From the human T2T-CHM13v2.0 reference genome, Homo sapiens, in NCBI RefSeq assembly GCF_009914755.1, contig NC_060930.1: a stretch of DNA of 64,000 nucleotides. One strand, written 5' to 3'. The notes under the pieces were generated by a model. The model did not search any database. It was not told the origin of the DNA and worked only from the letters and a program-made list of their open reading frames with translations. Of the stretch, positions 1 to 19,700 are shown piece by piece. The position numbers and the translations under genes are program-made. Position 1 is the stretch's first letter; every line of letters begins with the position of its first letter.

Positions 1-109
1 TATTGAAAATATGAAGTGCAGTCAAGTAAATACTGTATGAAAAGCAGAGGTTAAGTATTATTGGATGTTCACAATACAATTGTTATTTTTAGTTAGGATA
101 AGGGATATT

Positions 110-600
110 TAATGAATGAAATAGCACATGAATTGAGCCCTGAAAAAAATTATACATTTGTCAAAAGGAAGCAAGGGATTTTTAAGCTAAGGGAATAGGC
201 ACAGAAAATTTGCAACGACATGCAGCTCTTTACCATGGAACATCTTGAAGTACATTCTGAATTACATGTCCAGAGCAGTGAGAAATAGCCTTTCAATGTA
301 AATAGGATTCCAGATACCACTCTGAAAGTTGAATTTCTTTGAAAATTACTTATTAAAGGGCATTTAAATAAAATTACTGTATGGAGAAAATCCTGGATTT
401 TGAAAAGCCTGTAAGGATGCTTTTGTAACAGTACGAGACTAATTTCAAAATGACTTAAAGAGAATAAATAGTAGAAATGGAAGAAATTGGTAGACATATT
501 AAAAATGATAAGAGAAAAATGTGTAGAATTCAATGCCTTATGTGGCCGAATAGTATAGCAAGTAAAGTAAGCAATCACACATGATTCTAACACTGAAATA
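110..600 (-). mobile_element. Degenerate L2 (LINE2) fragment
   Basis: Purine-rich tract resembling antisense L2 3' region; highly diverged, boundaries approximate. Confidence 0.3.
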
Positions 601-1904
601 AGAAGAACTTTGATGGATACTATAGATTGGCTTACTCAACTTTCCTTCCAAACTCTTACTAGTATTCTTTCTCCACAGTAGCTCCCAGAAAGGTATAAAC
701 TGCATATTCCAGCTTGTCCTATAGCTGAATTTCTAAATATTGTTTAGGTACTACTAATCAAATTTCTTCATATAAGACTTACACTCAGAACTGAATTAAG
801 TAGAAAAAAAAAGTTAAATGCCTGGGTATCTATTTTCCTGGTATAGAAAGCAGCAGACACAATGCATTAACTACTCATTAAGCCATCCATGGCTGGCTGT
901 GTGATGCTGTGGTTTCCTGCATCAGCAATGGTAACATTCATATCTTTTTGCTTAGCCAATATGGTCAAGTTTGTGCCTCATGTTTTAATGCAATGAGTAG
1001 TTATCACAATCTCAACAGAGGAAATGTAATTTAGGGGGAAGAGGGTTATTTTAGAAGCTTTGTCTAAAACCTACTATTTTAATACTTCCAATTATATTAT
1101 AAGAAAAGTAATGTCAGGAAAGAACTTATTTTCTACTAAAATTAGTTATTGTTTATAAAGGAAACTTAACCAATATAATGATTAAGAGGATTTCGATTGC
1201 AATAAAAAAGAAGGAAGATTCTATAAGAATGAATGTTTAAAAGAGAGCAAAGACAAATTTGCAATTGTAGTATATGAAAATTTGTAAAAAGGTATAAAGA
1301 GACAAGAACTATTATTTGAATATAGAGATATAAAGGGAAATAAAAATTTGAGGAAAAAAACGCAGAAGTGATGTTGGCAATAGGGTTACATTAAAAAAAT
1401 AAAATTAAAGTAGAAGAGAGTAAAAAAAAACGATATAGGGAAAGAACAGAGACTACAGAGTACAGTTTATTATAATTATATCCCAGACCAAAAACTAAAT
1501 TGGTGACAGCTTACCATGTATATTACAATATGTATTATTAGTATTGGTTGATCAAATAGTAGTATCTTCAGTAACATTTTCATCTTCATTTTTCTGTAAG
1601 ATTAAGTTGTTGAAACAACCAAAGTAATAAGCACATGACACATTCTGGCTACACTAATCCCTTGAAAATGACTTTTCTTTATATTTGAAGAGACAAAGTG
1701 AATAAAGAGTGTTTCAATAAACATACACAACTTATGATTTTAAAAATGCTTCTATGTGGCTTTGGCTTGAATTATTGCTATTGCTTTTTTCTCAGATTAA
1801 TGATATAATTACTTTGAATAAATACAATTAAAGAACCATTATATAAATGAAATACCACATAGGCTACACACAAAAAAATTAATACTCAATGTTCCTCTTT
1901 AAAT

Positions 1905-2260
1905 TCTGTAATTAGTAATAGTTTGACCATGAGCTATCTAACCTCTCTAGGCTACAGCCATGTTTCTCAACTGTGAAATGAGGAGTTGTATAATACTAAC
2001 TTTCCCACATTGTTATGACTCTTAAAGAAACTGTAGAAAGTAGTTAAGAATTCATACTGTAAAATTTTGTAGACTTGAGTTCATTTTTAGCTTTAACATT
2101 TCTGGTGACGTGGCTTTGGGAATTTATTTCAGGCCATTACATCTCACATTTTTCGTCTCTAAAAGGATTTTACAATTCTGACCCTATACCATTGCTATGA
2201 GAATTAAATGAGACAATATATTGAGTATATATGTCTCATTTATGTATACATCCCATAGGT
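1905..2260 (+). mobile_element. Two adjacent MIR fragments
   Basis: MIR core-like motifs 'tttctcaactgtgaaatgagg...taatactaac...ttgttatga' and 'tttcgtctctaaaa...attgctatgagaattaaatgagacaat'. Confidence 0.55.
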
Positions 2261-2867
2261 GCTGAACATTATTTTAAATGATGTAACATTGAAAAGTTGA
2301 ACTTATACATGCAATATTTAATAATTACATTAACTTGAAAATATAAATTGTAAAGTTATACAATGTACATAACTTGAAAATGTAGAGTCATAAATAATAA
2401 ACCATATTATATTTGTTCAAATTGTCATATTTTACAAATAAATTAATGTGTAACGTTTTATAAAATGGTCATACCATATCACAACAATAAAGAAAATGGG
2501 ATACTTAATGGCCTTTATGTCTACAAAATTAAAAAATTATAAATGGAAAAATATCACATTTTTAAAAGTTTCATCCATTAACCAATTTTATATGTTCAAG
2601 AAAATTTATATAAAATCAAGGAAAACAAAACAAAGAAAGGCCAAAAATAATTTATGGAATATTAATTACTGATATTGTTCATTTTAATAGAAGCTTGACT
2701 TTTTATTTTTTCTCTTTTTAAAAGCAGGAGTGGCTGAAAGCTAAAAATCAATAGATAATTGTCAGATGAGAAAGCTTTTATAGTTTTGATAAAAGTCATG
2801 TCCTATATAGGATAAAACCAATTTCTTCAGGTGGCTAGAGTTTATATCACAGATCGCTTGATAATTT

Positions 2868-2955
2868 CACATTTTTATATGAGAAAACTGAGGTTCAGCG
2901 TTCCTGATCAATTTGCCAAGAGAAACAAAGCAAGTCTATGGCATCAGAATGAATC
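2868..2955 (-). mobile_element. MIR fragment
   Basis: 'catttttatatgagaaaactgaggttcag...ttgccaag', antisense MIR core. Confidence 0.5.
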
Positions 2956-3309
2956 ATAGCTGGTAGACAACTGGAAGCCATTATCAGAAATATAGACTCC
3001 CTCTAGGAAGATTCAGTCACCTGCTCATTCAGTGGCATAAGCCATGGCAACTACGAGGTAGAGTGTCACTTACAATGAGTCTCATTTGTCACAAGGAGGA
3101 GGTAGACAGTTATTGCTAGTGAAACATATTTTGGAACTTGTCCAGGACAATCCCAGGAGTATATACCTAATTTCCCAACATTATTAATAGCACCACTTTC
3201 ACTACATAAAGTGTACTGCTTTGGATCTAAAATCATATAATCACTTTATTCATAGCCTACATAAACCTTATCTCATCCATTCTTTTCGAGTTTTAAAAGA
3301 TGGCTTACC

Positions 3310-4047
<738 letters not shown>

Positions 4048-4941
4048 GACTTCTTACCCTCTAAAGTGAGAAGAATCTCTGCTTCATAGTTGTGATATTA
4101 TATATTATTTGACCTCTGCTATTTCTTCTCAAGTAAACTTAATGAATACACACTTTTGTATTGCCACACTTAGTAGTATTTTTAAACCTGTATCATATAT
4201 AGAGAATGTCATTATTTCTAGATAGTCTCTTCCTTTCATAAACACCTTCTAAAAGTTTACCTTTGTAAAACATATTCTTTTCTGTACTTTTCACAGCTAC
4301 CCTCTAAAACAATACAGTCAAGGTTACCTTCTAAATTTCCACAGTACAATTGTACCTTATTTTTGAAACTATTATATAAACCAGCTATTGTATATAGAAA
4401 TCTAATTTAAATGTCCATAATTTCCCTCTCAGGGATTAATTGTTTAATTGCTGTTTATATACAATGTTTATTTCACTTGTCTTAAGTGGAAATCTCTCTT
4501 GTTTAATATAACCAAATGCACACCCATTGTAAACATATATATTTTCAGTAACGATAGTTGCAAACCTATACAGTCATTTCACTAGGCGTTAAGGGATTAA
4601 CAGTGAACATATATGTATGTTCCTACTATTTAGGATGCCCATGGTATCTAAAAGAAAATTTTAGAGAAAATTAAAAGTATCAGTTTTCTGTGCATCTGAG
4701 AAAAACTAAAGTATCTGAGAAAGCCTAGACAAGCTGAACTCCAGAGACTAAACAAGCACTTTCTAGGTAGCAGAAAGCTAAGATAGCTTTATTTTATAGG
4801 ATCATGACCTTGTTTGGGTCAGAGAAGATGGAAATACAGGTGTACATCAGATAAAATTATTTTGAAAGCTTGAGAAAAGAAAAATAATCCTAGCAAGCGA
4901 TGATAATATGGGCTGCTGGAACAAAAAGGAATCTGGAAAAT

Positions 4942-4980
4942 ACACACACACACACACACACACAGAAAGAGAGAGAGAGA
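4942..4980. repeat. (CA)n-(GA)n compound microsatellite
   Basis: Directly visible. Confidence 0.95.
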
Positions 4981-5241
4981 CATACACAATATTTGGCTCT
5001 AGTATTATTTCATCCTTGTCCTCAACTTCAAATTATATTATAAAAGCGTCAACAAAAGAGGGACTAGAAAACAAAGAGAAATCTGATGTGAACCCACTTC
5101 CACTCAATTATTCATAAGACTAGTAAAAAGGCAGTAGCTCCAGTATTTGAAGGTTTGAATAATTTTATCTTAATTAAACCTAATTGAAGCGTTGGCCCTA
5201 TTAGAGCTCAGATCAAATCTAAGAGGAATCTATAAGATTAG

Positions 5242-5655
<414 letters not shown>

Positions 5656-6149
5656 AGGAACAATTCAATATAATGTTCAATATAGTAAACAGAATAATAG
5701 CCACAGTTGAACTAGTGATTACATATTATAACAAAACAAAAATTGTAAATCAATTTTCATAAATAAATTAAAAATTTACAAGAAAATTTGGTTATTACAG
5801 GTGCAAAGACATACATTTCAGGATAAAAAGAAAAACTAAAAAATGAAATATGAGAACTAAAAAATATAAAACAAATTAAGATTAGCTGAATGTACTTCTG
5901 ATTAGCATGTAAAATGAAAGAAAAATGAGGGAAAAGAAAACATACAAAAAGGATTAAAATAAAAAGAGAAATAAATAAGGGGAAATGTTACAGAAGATTT
6001 CATATTAACAACTAAATAAAGAAAGCCTGATAAAACAAAAGTCACATTTATATAAAGGATTTTTTAAGTCTAAAATAATAATGCTTTTTCCCTAAGACTG
6101 AGTATAGAGAAAAAATGTGTAAAAACTAAACAAAACATGGATTGGAAAT

Positions 6150-7030
6150 TAAGATGTTAAGCTATTTTTGTTTGGAGAGGTTATAATCATCCATATAGAA
6201 ACCCCTAATGAATCTACAAGAAAAGCTCATAACAGTAATAAAAAATTTTACCTAAGTTGTAGAATACAAAGTCAAGATTTAAAAATTATAAAAAACAATA
6301 TTAAACAGCATAAGAATTTTATACTAGCAAAAGATCTGGAATTGATATTTTAAAAATATGATTTATAATAACATTAAAAATTTAAATGCATAAGGTTAAA
6401 TTGAAAGTGTAATCTGCAAATTGTACACTAAAAACTATAAGAAATCACTGAAAGAAATAAGAGAATATTTGAATACAATAAATATATTAAATCAATTGAT
6501 CAGAAGACTTTACTTTTAAGACATTCAGTAACCACCGAATAATCTATAAATTGAATATAATTCCAATCAAAAATATCAGGAGGATTTTTTGTATATATTT
6601 TAAAATCGGATTTTGCATTTACATTAAAATTTAAATACCCTAGAATAGCCAATCATTTTTAAAGACAACAATTAAAGAACCTAACACTACTTCACATCAT
6701 TATCACTCAAAAGTGTTATTAATCAATATAATGTCTTCCTGGCAAAAGCAAAAGAAATATAGAACAATAGAAAACAATAGAAAGTTAAAAACGGACTCTC
6801 ACATGTACAGTCAAATGATATCGATAAAAGTGCTAACTAATATAATAGGGAAAGCATAGCCCTTTCGAAAATAGATGCTATGAAAATCAACTATCTAGAG
6901 GCACATAATAATAATTACAACAATAATAATAACCCTTAACTCATACCTTACGCAAGTATTTATTCAAAATGTACCCTATATCTAAATATAAGGAATGCAA
7001 ATAAACATTTTAATAAGAAAAAAATACAAT
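6150..7030 (+). mobile_element. Ancient L1M ORF2 fragment
   Basis: Degenerate 'gttaagctatttttgtttggagagg...atatagaaacccct...gaatacaaagtcaag' matching the [17 protein letters not shown] region; continues to 'aacccttaactcatacctta'. Confidence 0.7.
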
Positions 7031-8130
7031 GTCTCCTAGTATTTAGCTATTTGGAAGGAACATCACTCTCATCCTTGTAACAATAATACAACAGATAACC
7101 TGCAAATGTACAACTTTTCTGAAAACCTTAAGAAATCTGTGGTCACAGGATGACCAGTTAAACTGAAATGTAAGAAAAGACTAAAACCTCCAAGCAAAAC
7201 TTTCTTATTGGGGCATACACTGCTGGAGATCAGTAAGAATTCACCTAAAATTTTTAATGAATTGCTAATGGCCAATTATAATGGGCTAGTGAATCAGTCG
7301 AGGCCACAGACACAAAGTAATTGATATCCATCCACAGTCTTATTTCCACAGTTGTTATTACAAGCTTCTGAAAGAGACTGACAAAAGTGCTGAGAATGAA
7401 TCCTTCATGATATATGTCTGGGAAAAGAATGGCTGCTTTATGCAGGAATGCATGCTGGGCACAGAATACAGCAGATGTGGGGGAAGGCTCATTGAAAATG
7501 CACCAATCTGAAGGCCCACGTTGAATAATTCTGAATGAGATTCAGTATTAGGTAGATATTACATCTACCTAACACTGAGCCTTAATCACAATAGCAAAGA
7601 ATATTCTACTTCTTTCTACCAGGCTAACATCAAATAAAAAGGAATATGTGCACAGAAAATGGACAAGAATGTCGAGACAAATCTGAGCTACATCACAATA
7701 TGGAAAATCTAAAACTGAAGGCAAAACATATATTGACAAAAAACCTCTGGTAAAATAGTCCAAATGCTAAACATAAGGTAATCCTACAGGAATATGAAGC
7801 CTATTTGAACTGAGAAAAACCATACAAACATATCCAAAACCCAGTTTAATTTCTAGATATATTGATATAAACTCTCATATTAAGGGCCTTTTAAGAATAA
7901 AAAGTGTGTTTATTTTAAGCAATAAAACCTACTTACCGCCATCTCCATTTTTGTACACAAGATGTATAGCTTTTGGCAAAATGGCACAAGGTTTTTTAAA
8001 AAAAAACAATACAATCAATACATTCCGAAGATGCAAAGTAATCAAAAGAATTAGACTTTACTATAATACATGTGTTAGGAATATCAGATGTAGCTCTTTT
8101 GCTCTGATTGATATATTAAATGTTCTAGTG

Positions 8131-11838
<3,708 letters not shown>

Positions 11839-12556
11839 TGTTCTAGTGGAAAAATGTGGCCAATGAGCTAGTGGGTAACTTAGGTAGGGAGATGGAAAGA
11901 ATCAAATCGAAATGCTATAAATAATTTCTAAAAACTCATAGTATGAGATCAAGAATGTCTTTGAGGGGTTCATTTATAAACTTGAAAGTCAAGAAAGGAT
12001 CAGTGGACTTGAAGATAAAAGAAATCACGCAAATGAAACCCAAAGAAGAAAAAATTTTACAAAAAACATCCTAGAATAGAGCATCCAAAAGCTATGAGAA
12101 ATCTCATGATTCAATGTAAATGCAATAGGAAATCCAAAAGTTGAAAGAGAGAGATAATGGGGCAGACAAAATATTTGAAGAAATAATGGCTATGAACTTT
12201 ACAAAATTAATGACAGACACAAACCACAGATCCAATAAACTTAGATAACAAGAGAGAAGATAAATACTTCTTTGCACACAAACATACACAAACGCATACA
12301 CACATAAACATGCCATTTTATGATGAAGAAAACAGAAAAAAATTGAACAAAACTCTTGAATGCAGGGAGAGAGAACAAACAGAGATAAGAATGGAAGCAG
12401 ATTTATGTAGGCCAGAAAATAATGAATTCATAAATAAAAGACAGAAAGACTTTTTTTAAAAGTCAACCTTCAATTTTAATAACAGCAAAAATACCTTCAA
12501 AAATGTAAAAGCAATAAGGGTGTATCTGACAAAAACCTTCCAGTATCAATGCGCTA

Positions 12557-13012
12557 TGTGGTAGACTGAATAATCCCCTCACCCCTAACCAAAGGTGTCT
12601 ATGTCCTAATCCCTGAAACCTGTGAAAGTTATCTTATACGGCAAAGACTTTGCATATATGATTCACTTAAGGATCCTACACTAGAAAGATTTTCCTGAAT
12701 TATGTGGATAAAAGGGAAAGAAACAGAAAGAAATATGAGGGAGGAGAAAGGAATGTGACCGTGAATGCAGAGATTGGATTCATGGTGCCACAAACCAAAG
12801 AATGCCAGTAACCATCAGAAAATGAGAGTGCAGAAAGAGATTCTTCTCTAGAGCCATATTTGGATGGAATAAAGCCCTGCCAACATTTTGATATCAGGCT
12901 AGTGTTGCTGATTTCATATTGTAGGCCTCCAGAACATTTAGTAATAAAGGATTGTGTTAAATCAACTAATTTGTGTTATATTGTTAGAGTAAACATACAA
13001 AAAATAATAAGA
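12557..13012 (+). mobile_element. MLT1D-like MaLR solo LTR
   Basis: 'tgtggtagactgaataat...tgtcctaatccctgaaacctgtgaa...ggcaaagactttgca...ttcttctctagagcc...atttgtgttatattgtta'. Confidence 0.75.
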
Positions 13013-13823
13013 CACTATAGCAGACATTTAAGAAACTTCTTCAGGTAGTAAAACTGACACAAAAAAGAAACATGAATCTGCATAAATAAATGAAACCCAT
13101 TTAAATGTAATATGTGAAAGTGAGCATTAAGTTATATTTCTCATTTTAATGGCTCTAAAATAGAATTGGCTGCAAATGCTGGAGAAAATATGTTAAAAAT
13201 AGAAAAAAGTGTATTAATATTTAGCCAGGCATTAAGATTTACAAAGCCATAAATTAATTATGAAAATTAATTTTCATTTAGCTGACAATACAGAAAAAAA
13301 TAATAAAAGCATGAAACATTTAGAAAACTGCCACTAGGATGGTACCAGTGGCTGTTATCCAATCTTAATGATACTTGCCTTGAATGTAAATGAGCTAAGC
13401 ACTAACTAAAGGACATGTTTTCACATTAAAATTAAAGTAAGAGTTATAGTCTATCTACATGAAACTCATTTTTAAATATAAAGATAGATACAGGTTAAAA
13501 GAAAAACTGTGAAAAAATATGGCCAGAAAACACTAATCGGTTACTCTCTACAGAAATATCAGAAAAATTAGAACTTAGGAAGTGGAATATTATGAGAAAT
13601 ACAGTGATATATTCGATGATTATAGAGTCAATTTTTCATGAAGACATAACATCATGCCTAAGAATAAATACAGCTAAAATGAGAACTTAAAAAAATGCGA
13701 ATCAAAAACTCACAGAATTTAAAGAAAAATAGTCAAATCTAAATTATAGTTGAAGACATGCATACTCTTTCCTTGGTAACAGATATAACGAGTAGACAGA
13801 AAACCAGTAAAGGGATAGAATAG

Positions 13824-14605
13824 GTAGCCAATAAGCATATGAAAAAACACTCAATATCACTAATAATCAGAGAAATGTGAATCAAAACTACAATGAGATA
13901 CGATGTCACGCCAATCAGAATGGCTATTACTAAAAAGTAAAAAAAATAAATAAATAACGAATTCTGGCTTGGTTTCAGAGAAAGGAGAGCACTTATACAC
14001 TGTTGGTGGGAGTGCAAATTAGTTCATCTTGGAAAGCAGTGTGGCAATTCCTCAAATAACTAAAAACAGAACTACCATTTGACCTAGCAGTCCCAATACT
14101 GGGTATATCCAAAGAAATATAAATCATTCTACCATAATGACACGTACACACATATGTTCATTGCAGCTCTGTTCACAATAGCAAAGATGTGGAATCAACC
14201 TATTAATAAATGTCCATCAATGGCAGACTAGATAAAGAAAATAGGGTCATATGCACCATGAAATACTATGCAGCCATAAAAAAGAATGAGATCACAACTT
14301 TTACAGGAATATGGAAAGAGCTGGAGGCCATTATCCTTAGCAAACTAATACAGAAACAGAAAATCAAATGCTGCATGTTCTCACTTATAAGTGGGAGCTA
14401 AATGGTGAGAACACATGGACATATAGAGGGGAACAACTGGCACTGTGGCCTACTTGGTGGTAGAGGGTAGGAGGAGGAAGAGGATAGGAAAAAATAACTT
14501 AGTGGGTGATGGAATAATCTGTAAATCAAACAACCGTGGGATTAGTTTTTCTATATAACAAAGCTGTGCATGAACCCTTGAACAAAATAAAAGTTAACAA
14601 AAAAG
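13824..14605 (+). mobile_element. L1PA13-16-like 3' fragment
   Basis: ORF2 end (MKYYAAIKKNEI..ELEAIILSKL) and 3'UTR 'gagggtaggaggaggaagaggataggaaaaaataact...aaaataaaagttaa'. Confidence 0.85.
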
Positions 14606-17600
14606 AAACAGAAAAGGTAAGCAATGGTGCCAACCAACTTGACCTAAACAGTAACACTGCAGACAACAATAACAACATAGTTATTGTTATTTTTTAATTT
14701 GCATGGAAAATTTTCCAAGACTGACCACATTTGGGGTATTACAAAAAATCTAATGCATACAATAGTTGAAATTCTGAAAAGTATGATCTTATACCATACT
14801 GGAATAAAGTTAATAATCATTAAGGGAAAGATAACTAAACTAGACATCTATCCAAATATTTTGAAAATACACAGCACATTTTTCTTTAACACATGGGTCA
14901 AAAGGAAAAACTTACAGAAAATAAGAAAATGTTTTGAAATGAATAAAAATGGAAACTCAACATATTAAATATGTACGATGTAGCTTGAACAATGTTTATT
15001 GATAAAATTATGATATTAAATGCTTGTATTAGAAAGGAAGAAAACTTTCAAAGTAAGATTCCACATTCAGACACAAGGTATAGAAAAGCATAAACCCGGA
15101 ACAAACTAAAGAACAGAAGTCAATAAAATTAAAAGCAGGTAAAAGCAAAATAGTGGAAAGAAAGAATCCATAAAATCAAAAGTCATTCCTTTAAAATATA
15201 AAACAGAAAAATATTGAATAAGATTGATTAGGAATATAAGAGAAAATTCATGAATAATACCAGGAATAAAAAAGGGAGCACTCCTGCAAACCCTATTGAT
15301 ATTAAGAGCAAAATAAAGGAATATCAAAAATAACTCTATATCAATAAATAAGACAACTTAGACGCAATGGATAAATGCGTTAAAACAAACTGCCTAAGTT
15401 CACTGAAGAAGATATAGAAAATGTGAATAATACTATCTACTAAAGAAATTGAATTTCTAGCTAAAAACCTTGCACCAAATAACCTCCATATCCCAATGTT
15501 TTCACTTGTGAATTCTACCAAACTTCAAAAAAGAAATAATATCAAGTCTAAAAAAATAAGAATATTGAGAGGGTGACCAGCATTATCTGAAAAACAAATA
15601 GAGAAATTACAGAAGTGAAAACTATAGACTAATATTGCTTACAACATATTGGCAAAAATTCTCAACAAAATGCCTGCAAACATATCCCATAATACATGGA
15701 AAAAATAATATAGTATGACAAAGTAGAGTTTCTCCTTGGAATACTAAGCTGATTCAAGAATCAGAATTCGATCCACATAAATAGCCATCCAACAGACTAA
15801 AGAAGAAAAAAAAGATTATAAAAATAAATGATTCAGAAAAAAAGCCTTTGATAAAATTTAACATCCGTTTGAGATACAGATTATTAGTAACCCAAGAATG
15901 GAAGAGACCTTCCTCAAACTTAATAAAAGATATCTTCAAAACATGCCCCAAAAATGTCACATACTTGCATAGGAGTATTATACTTTCTTTCTAGAAAACT
16001 GCCCAAACTGTTAAAACTTAAGGAAAACATTTGTAACATTTTGCATTTCTACCAGCAATGTATAAAAGTTTCAGAATATATTCCTTGTAGAATCATGATG
16101 ATTAAAAAATGTTTTACATTTGGATTTCAGGTTTTTCGATTAGGAAAGCTCTACCTGTATTATATTGTTATTTCTGAAGATATAACAATATAAAATATTG
16201 ACTAAATAATTTTTGATGTTAAAATATAAGAAGAGTAAACACAAATTTGTTTCCTGATTGGATTAAATTTTTGAGAAATATCTTATATGAAAGCATGTTA
16301 AAAGTTACACTAGAAAGTATGTGATATATTTTTGCCTAAAAAAAGTAGGAGGATTTAGATATCATTTGGCTCCACTTGCTTGCTTTCTGTAGTAAAACTA
16401 TTGTTTGATTACAATAGTTAATATTCATTATAGATAAAATAATTTGTCACTCTTTACTAAATATATTTACCAAGAACTGAGTCTTCTATGTTGGATCAAA
16501 ATACCTAACAGCTGGAATTTTCTTATAACAGAAATATAACAGCAAGAGTAATAACTTTAACACAAATTAACTTATTGATTTCAAAATCAGTGCTGAGTCA
16601 GCAAAAACCAGTTAGTGCCTAGTCACATACATTCTTGTAGTAAATACTATCAGTTTTACACTTGTGACCTTTCTTCCACCTGACATTCACAGACATATAA
16701 TGATCAAAAGAGCCATTTATCTCTTCATAAATGTTACATATTTTACTTGACTAAACATTACAGTTGATTTTGTCAGAAATCCAGTTACCTTTTTCTTTAC
16801 TTCCAGCATTGTTTAGAACAAAAGCTGCCTGGTCATGTTGTGATAATATTCTGATTTTTTTTACCCTTATGAAGATTTATTGTACAACCACCTCCTATAG
16901 CCAAATAACATCATCATTAATTTATAAATTCTACACTTGTCTTCTCTGAATGCATGTGTACTTATGTATGTAAATATGTACATTCATGAATATGCATAAA
17001 TATATATGTTTCCTATGCCTCTTTTGCTACGTGAATACAGATAATTATCTCCTTCTCAGTCTTCTCAACCTGAAATTCTAAATACATCCTTCTAATACTT
17101 CATAACACAATTATTTACAAATCTACCGGCTGAGAATTCAGCATATTCTAATACAAAGGCTGCAAATCACAAAAGCACTAAAAGAAAATATTCAATATAA
17201 AAACCATGTGTTTTCAACGTATTTTAGATATCTTGAAAGAAGGTAGAGTATATACAAAAATAAAAATGATAAAGTCCTCACTCTTTTTTAAGTTACAGTC
17301 TGTGATCAAGAAGATAACATGAATTAAAAAGAATGAAACAATTAAGAATAAAATATTCTGTAAGCTAAATCTTGCAAAATGAAACACTGATTTTAAATTT
17401 GTTCTAGAAATGATTCTGTGTTTGGTGAAGAAATGATTGGACAAATAATATTAATTTATGTAGGCTGTTTGAATAACACATTGATAAGTTCAAGTATTAA
17501 AAATATGAGCTTGCAATTGAATGTGTTCCGTTAACACCATCAGCAAGCAATTTTTTTCTTTTTTTTTTTAAATAAGTAGATAGTCAAATAAGGCAGTAAA

Positions 17601-18481
17601 TAATTATCCAAGTAATTCAGCTACAACATAATCTCAAAACATTATGTTAGGACTCTAGAAGTATTATTGACTGTTCTTCTATTAATTAAAATGAATCCAG
17701 AATAATAATGTTTAACTACTTGCAAGGCTTACTTGATTTTTAATTTTTGAAAAGATAATAATTAGAGCATCATCCAGGTATCCATACTAAATGTCTGTTC
17801 CATTTAAAATGCAATTAATCCATTTTGTTAATTATTTTCAACTTCTTTTCATGCTGTTTCTACATGTCTATTTGGGCATAGATTGCTTTGGATTAAATAT
17901 AGCCTGATATTACATTTTCCAAATCATGCCATTGTCATAATTGTTAGCAAATAGAAATGTAAAGAAATAATGGTAACTTAATCTATATAGCTGTTTACAA
18001 GGTACTAGTAAATCAAAATACTAACCACAAAAGATTTTGGGTTTGTGGAATACAAAATTACATATTGAATAGCTAAAATTATTCATCTTTTTTTTCAGGA
18101 AAATGTGAGCCTCTGGAGAAGCTGACTATTAGGCTACCTCTGTAAAGGTTCTATTTAAATAAATTTGGTATCGACTCTTTAGGAAATCAGCTGAAAATAT
18201 TTCTCAGGACACTAATTGGCTTTAATTTGCAAATGATTAAATAACCTGAAAGTTATTTAATGAAATAAGTTATTTAGTGATCCTGAAAGTTCCCTTTAAC
18301 TTTGCTCTGATTTTAAAAGCACTTTTTATGTATTTTTTTGAATAATGTCTGTTGCCATTAGGAACAACAATCAATTTAACAGTCGTCTCTAGCTCCAAAT
18401 GCTCAGGAAGTCAGAAAAGTTATTTAGAGAGTTTTACAAGGAGAAGGAGAAGTAGTATGGCCTGATAATCAGATACAGATA

Positions 18482-19560
18482 CATTCATTCATTTATTCAA
18501 AACATACTTATAACTGGTGCTTGTTGTAGATGCTCAAGATATAGCAGTGAACATTGTCTTTGCATTTATTGAGCTTCTGTAATTTTTGGAGAGACAAACT
18601 TCATAAGCGAAAAACACATACTTAACATATAGCAATAATCTCTGGCATGAACAAACATAATGAGGGGAGACGTGATTGGGAAGGCCCTCTCTGAGTGGTA
18701 TCATAAGGCAGATACCTAAATTAAATGAGGTAATAAACCATGCAATAATCTAGAGTACCAAGATCTTCCGTGGAGAAACAAGCTTGGCACTTTTTAGGAT
18801 CGGCAAGAAGTTGGATGTCACTAGGGGAGAGAAGCAGAGAGATGAAGTTAGAGAAATAGGTGGGGCCCTGGTGATGAGAGACAAATAAAGGATCTGAACA
18901 GGAGAGTATTATAATTGGTATTATTGTTTTCAAATATTGTATTTTCCGTTTTGAAAATAACTGTAGAGGATTGAAAATAAAACCAGGAGAACTAGTTAGA
19001 AAACTACCACAGTAGTCCTGGGAAAGTGTGGACAGAGCTTCTCTAAGAGAGACAGGATAAGCTCTGGTGCTGTAACTCCTCCGGGTCTTATCAGCTGCTC
19101 ACATACATTAAAAGGATCAATATCTCAGCATAACTGCAACAGGTGTTCTGGCACCAGAATGGGAAAATCTTGATTAGATTAGAATACAGGTGGTGAGCGT
19201 TGATTAAATTTGGCTTGCATTTTAAATATGCCAACAGAATATACTATGGAATTAGAAATGGAACAAGAATGGAAGAGATAAATTAAAGGTGACTCTAGGG
19301 TTTGGGGCTTGAACAAATTATCATAGAAGGTACTCATTTCTGAGCTTGAGAACTCTGGGTAAAAGCAGGTTTGGGACAGGGTGGGGGAAATCAAGAGTTC
19401 TACTGTGAACAAGTAATGCTGAGATTCCTACAAGACATTCAAGTGAGTATTTTAAGTAGGTAATTAGACATGTGACTCAAGGGAGATGAATATTATAAGT
19501 TGTAAATTATAAGCATATTTATGGTATTTGAATCTATGGGACTGGATAAGATATATCTAG
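18482..19560 (-). mobile_element. L2 3' region
   Basis: Begins with 'cattcattcatttattcaa' (antisense L2 tail); later 'aaggtgactctagggtttggggcttgaacaa', 'gaaatcaagagttctactgtgaac'. Confidence 0.7.
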
Positions 19561-19577
19561 AATTCATATAGATCACC

Positions 19578-19700
19578 TGATTCTTAATCCTGGTTGCACT
19601 TTGGAATTACCTGAGGTATTATAAATAATACTAATGCCAAGTTCTAACCTAGAGTTTCTGATTTAATTGACCTGCTGATAGAGCCTAGACATCTTAATTC
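19578..19700. mobile_element. MER5-like hAT-Charlie fragment
   Basis: 'ttcttaatcctggttgcactttggaattacctgag...ctaatgcc...tctgatttaattg'. Confidence 0.55.

Noticed and set aside
150-593. 147-aa minus-strand ORF and similar F/L/I-rich ORFs across the window
   Set aside because: Composition reflects AT-rich or antisense-repeat DNA; no recognisable domains or exon structure.
18236-18261. 10-bp inverted repeat (and an 8-bp one near 25580)
   Set aside because: Short and AT-rich; within chance expectation.
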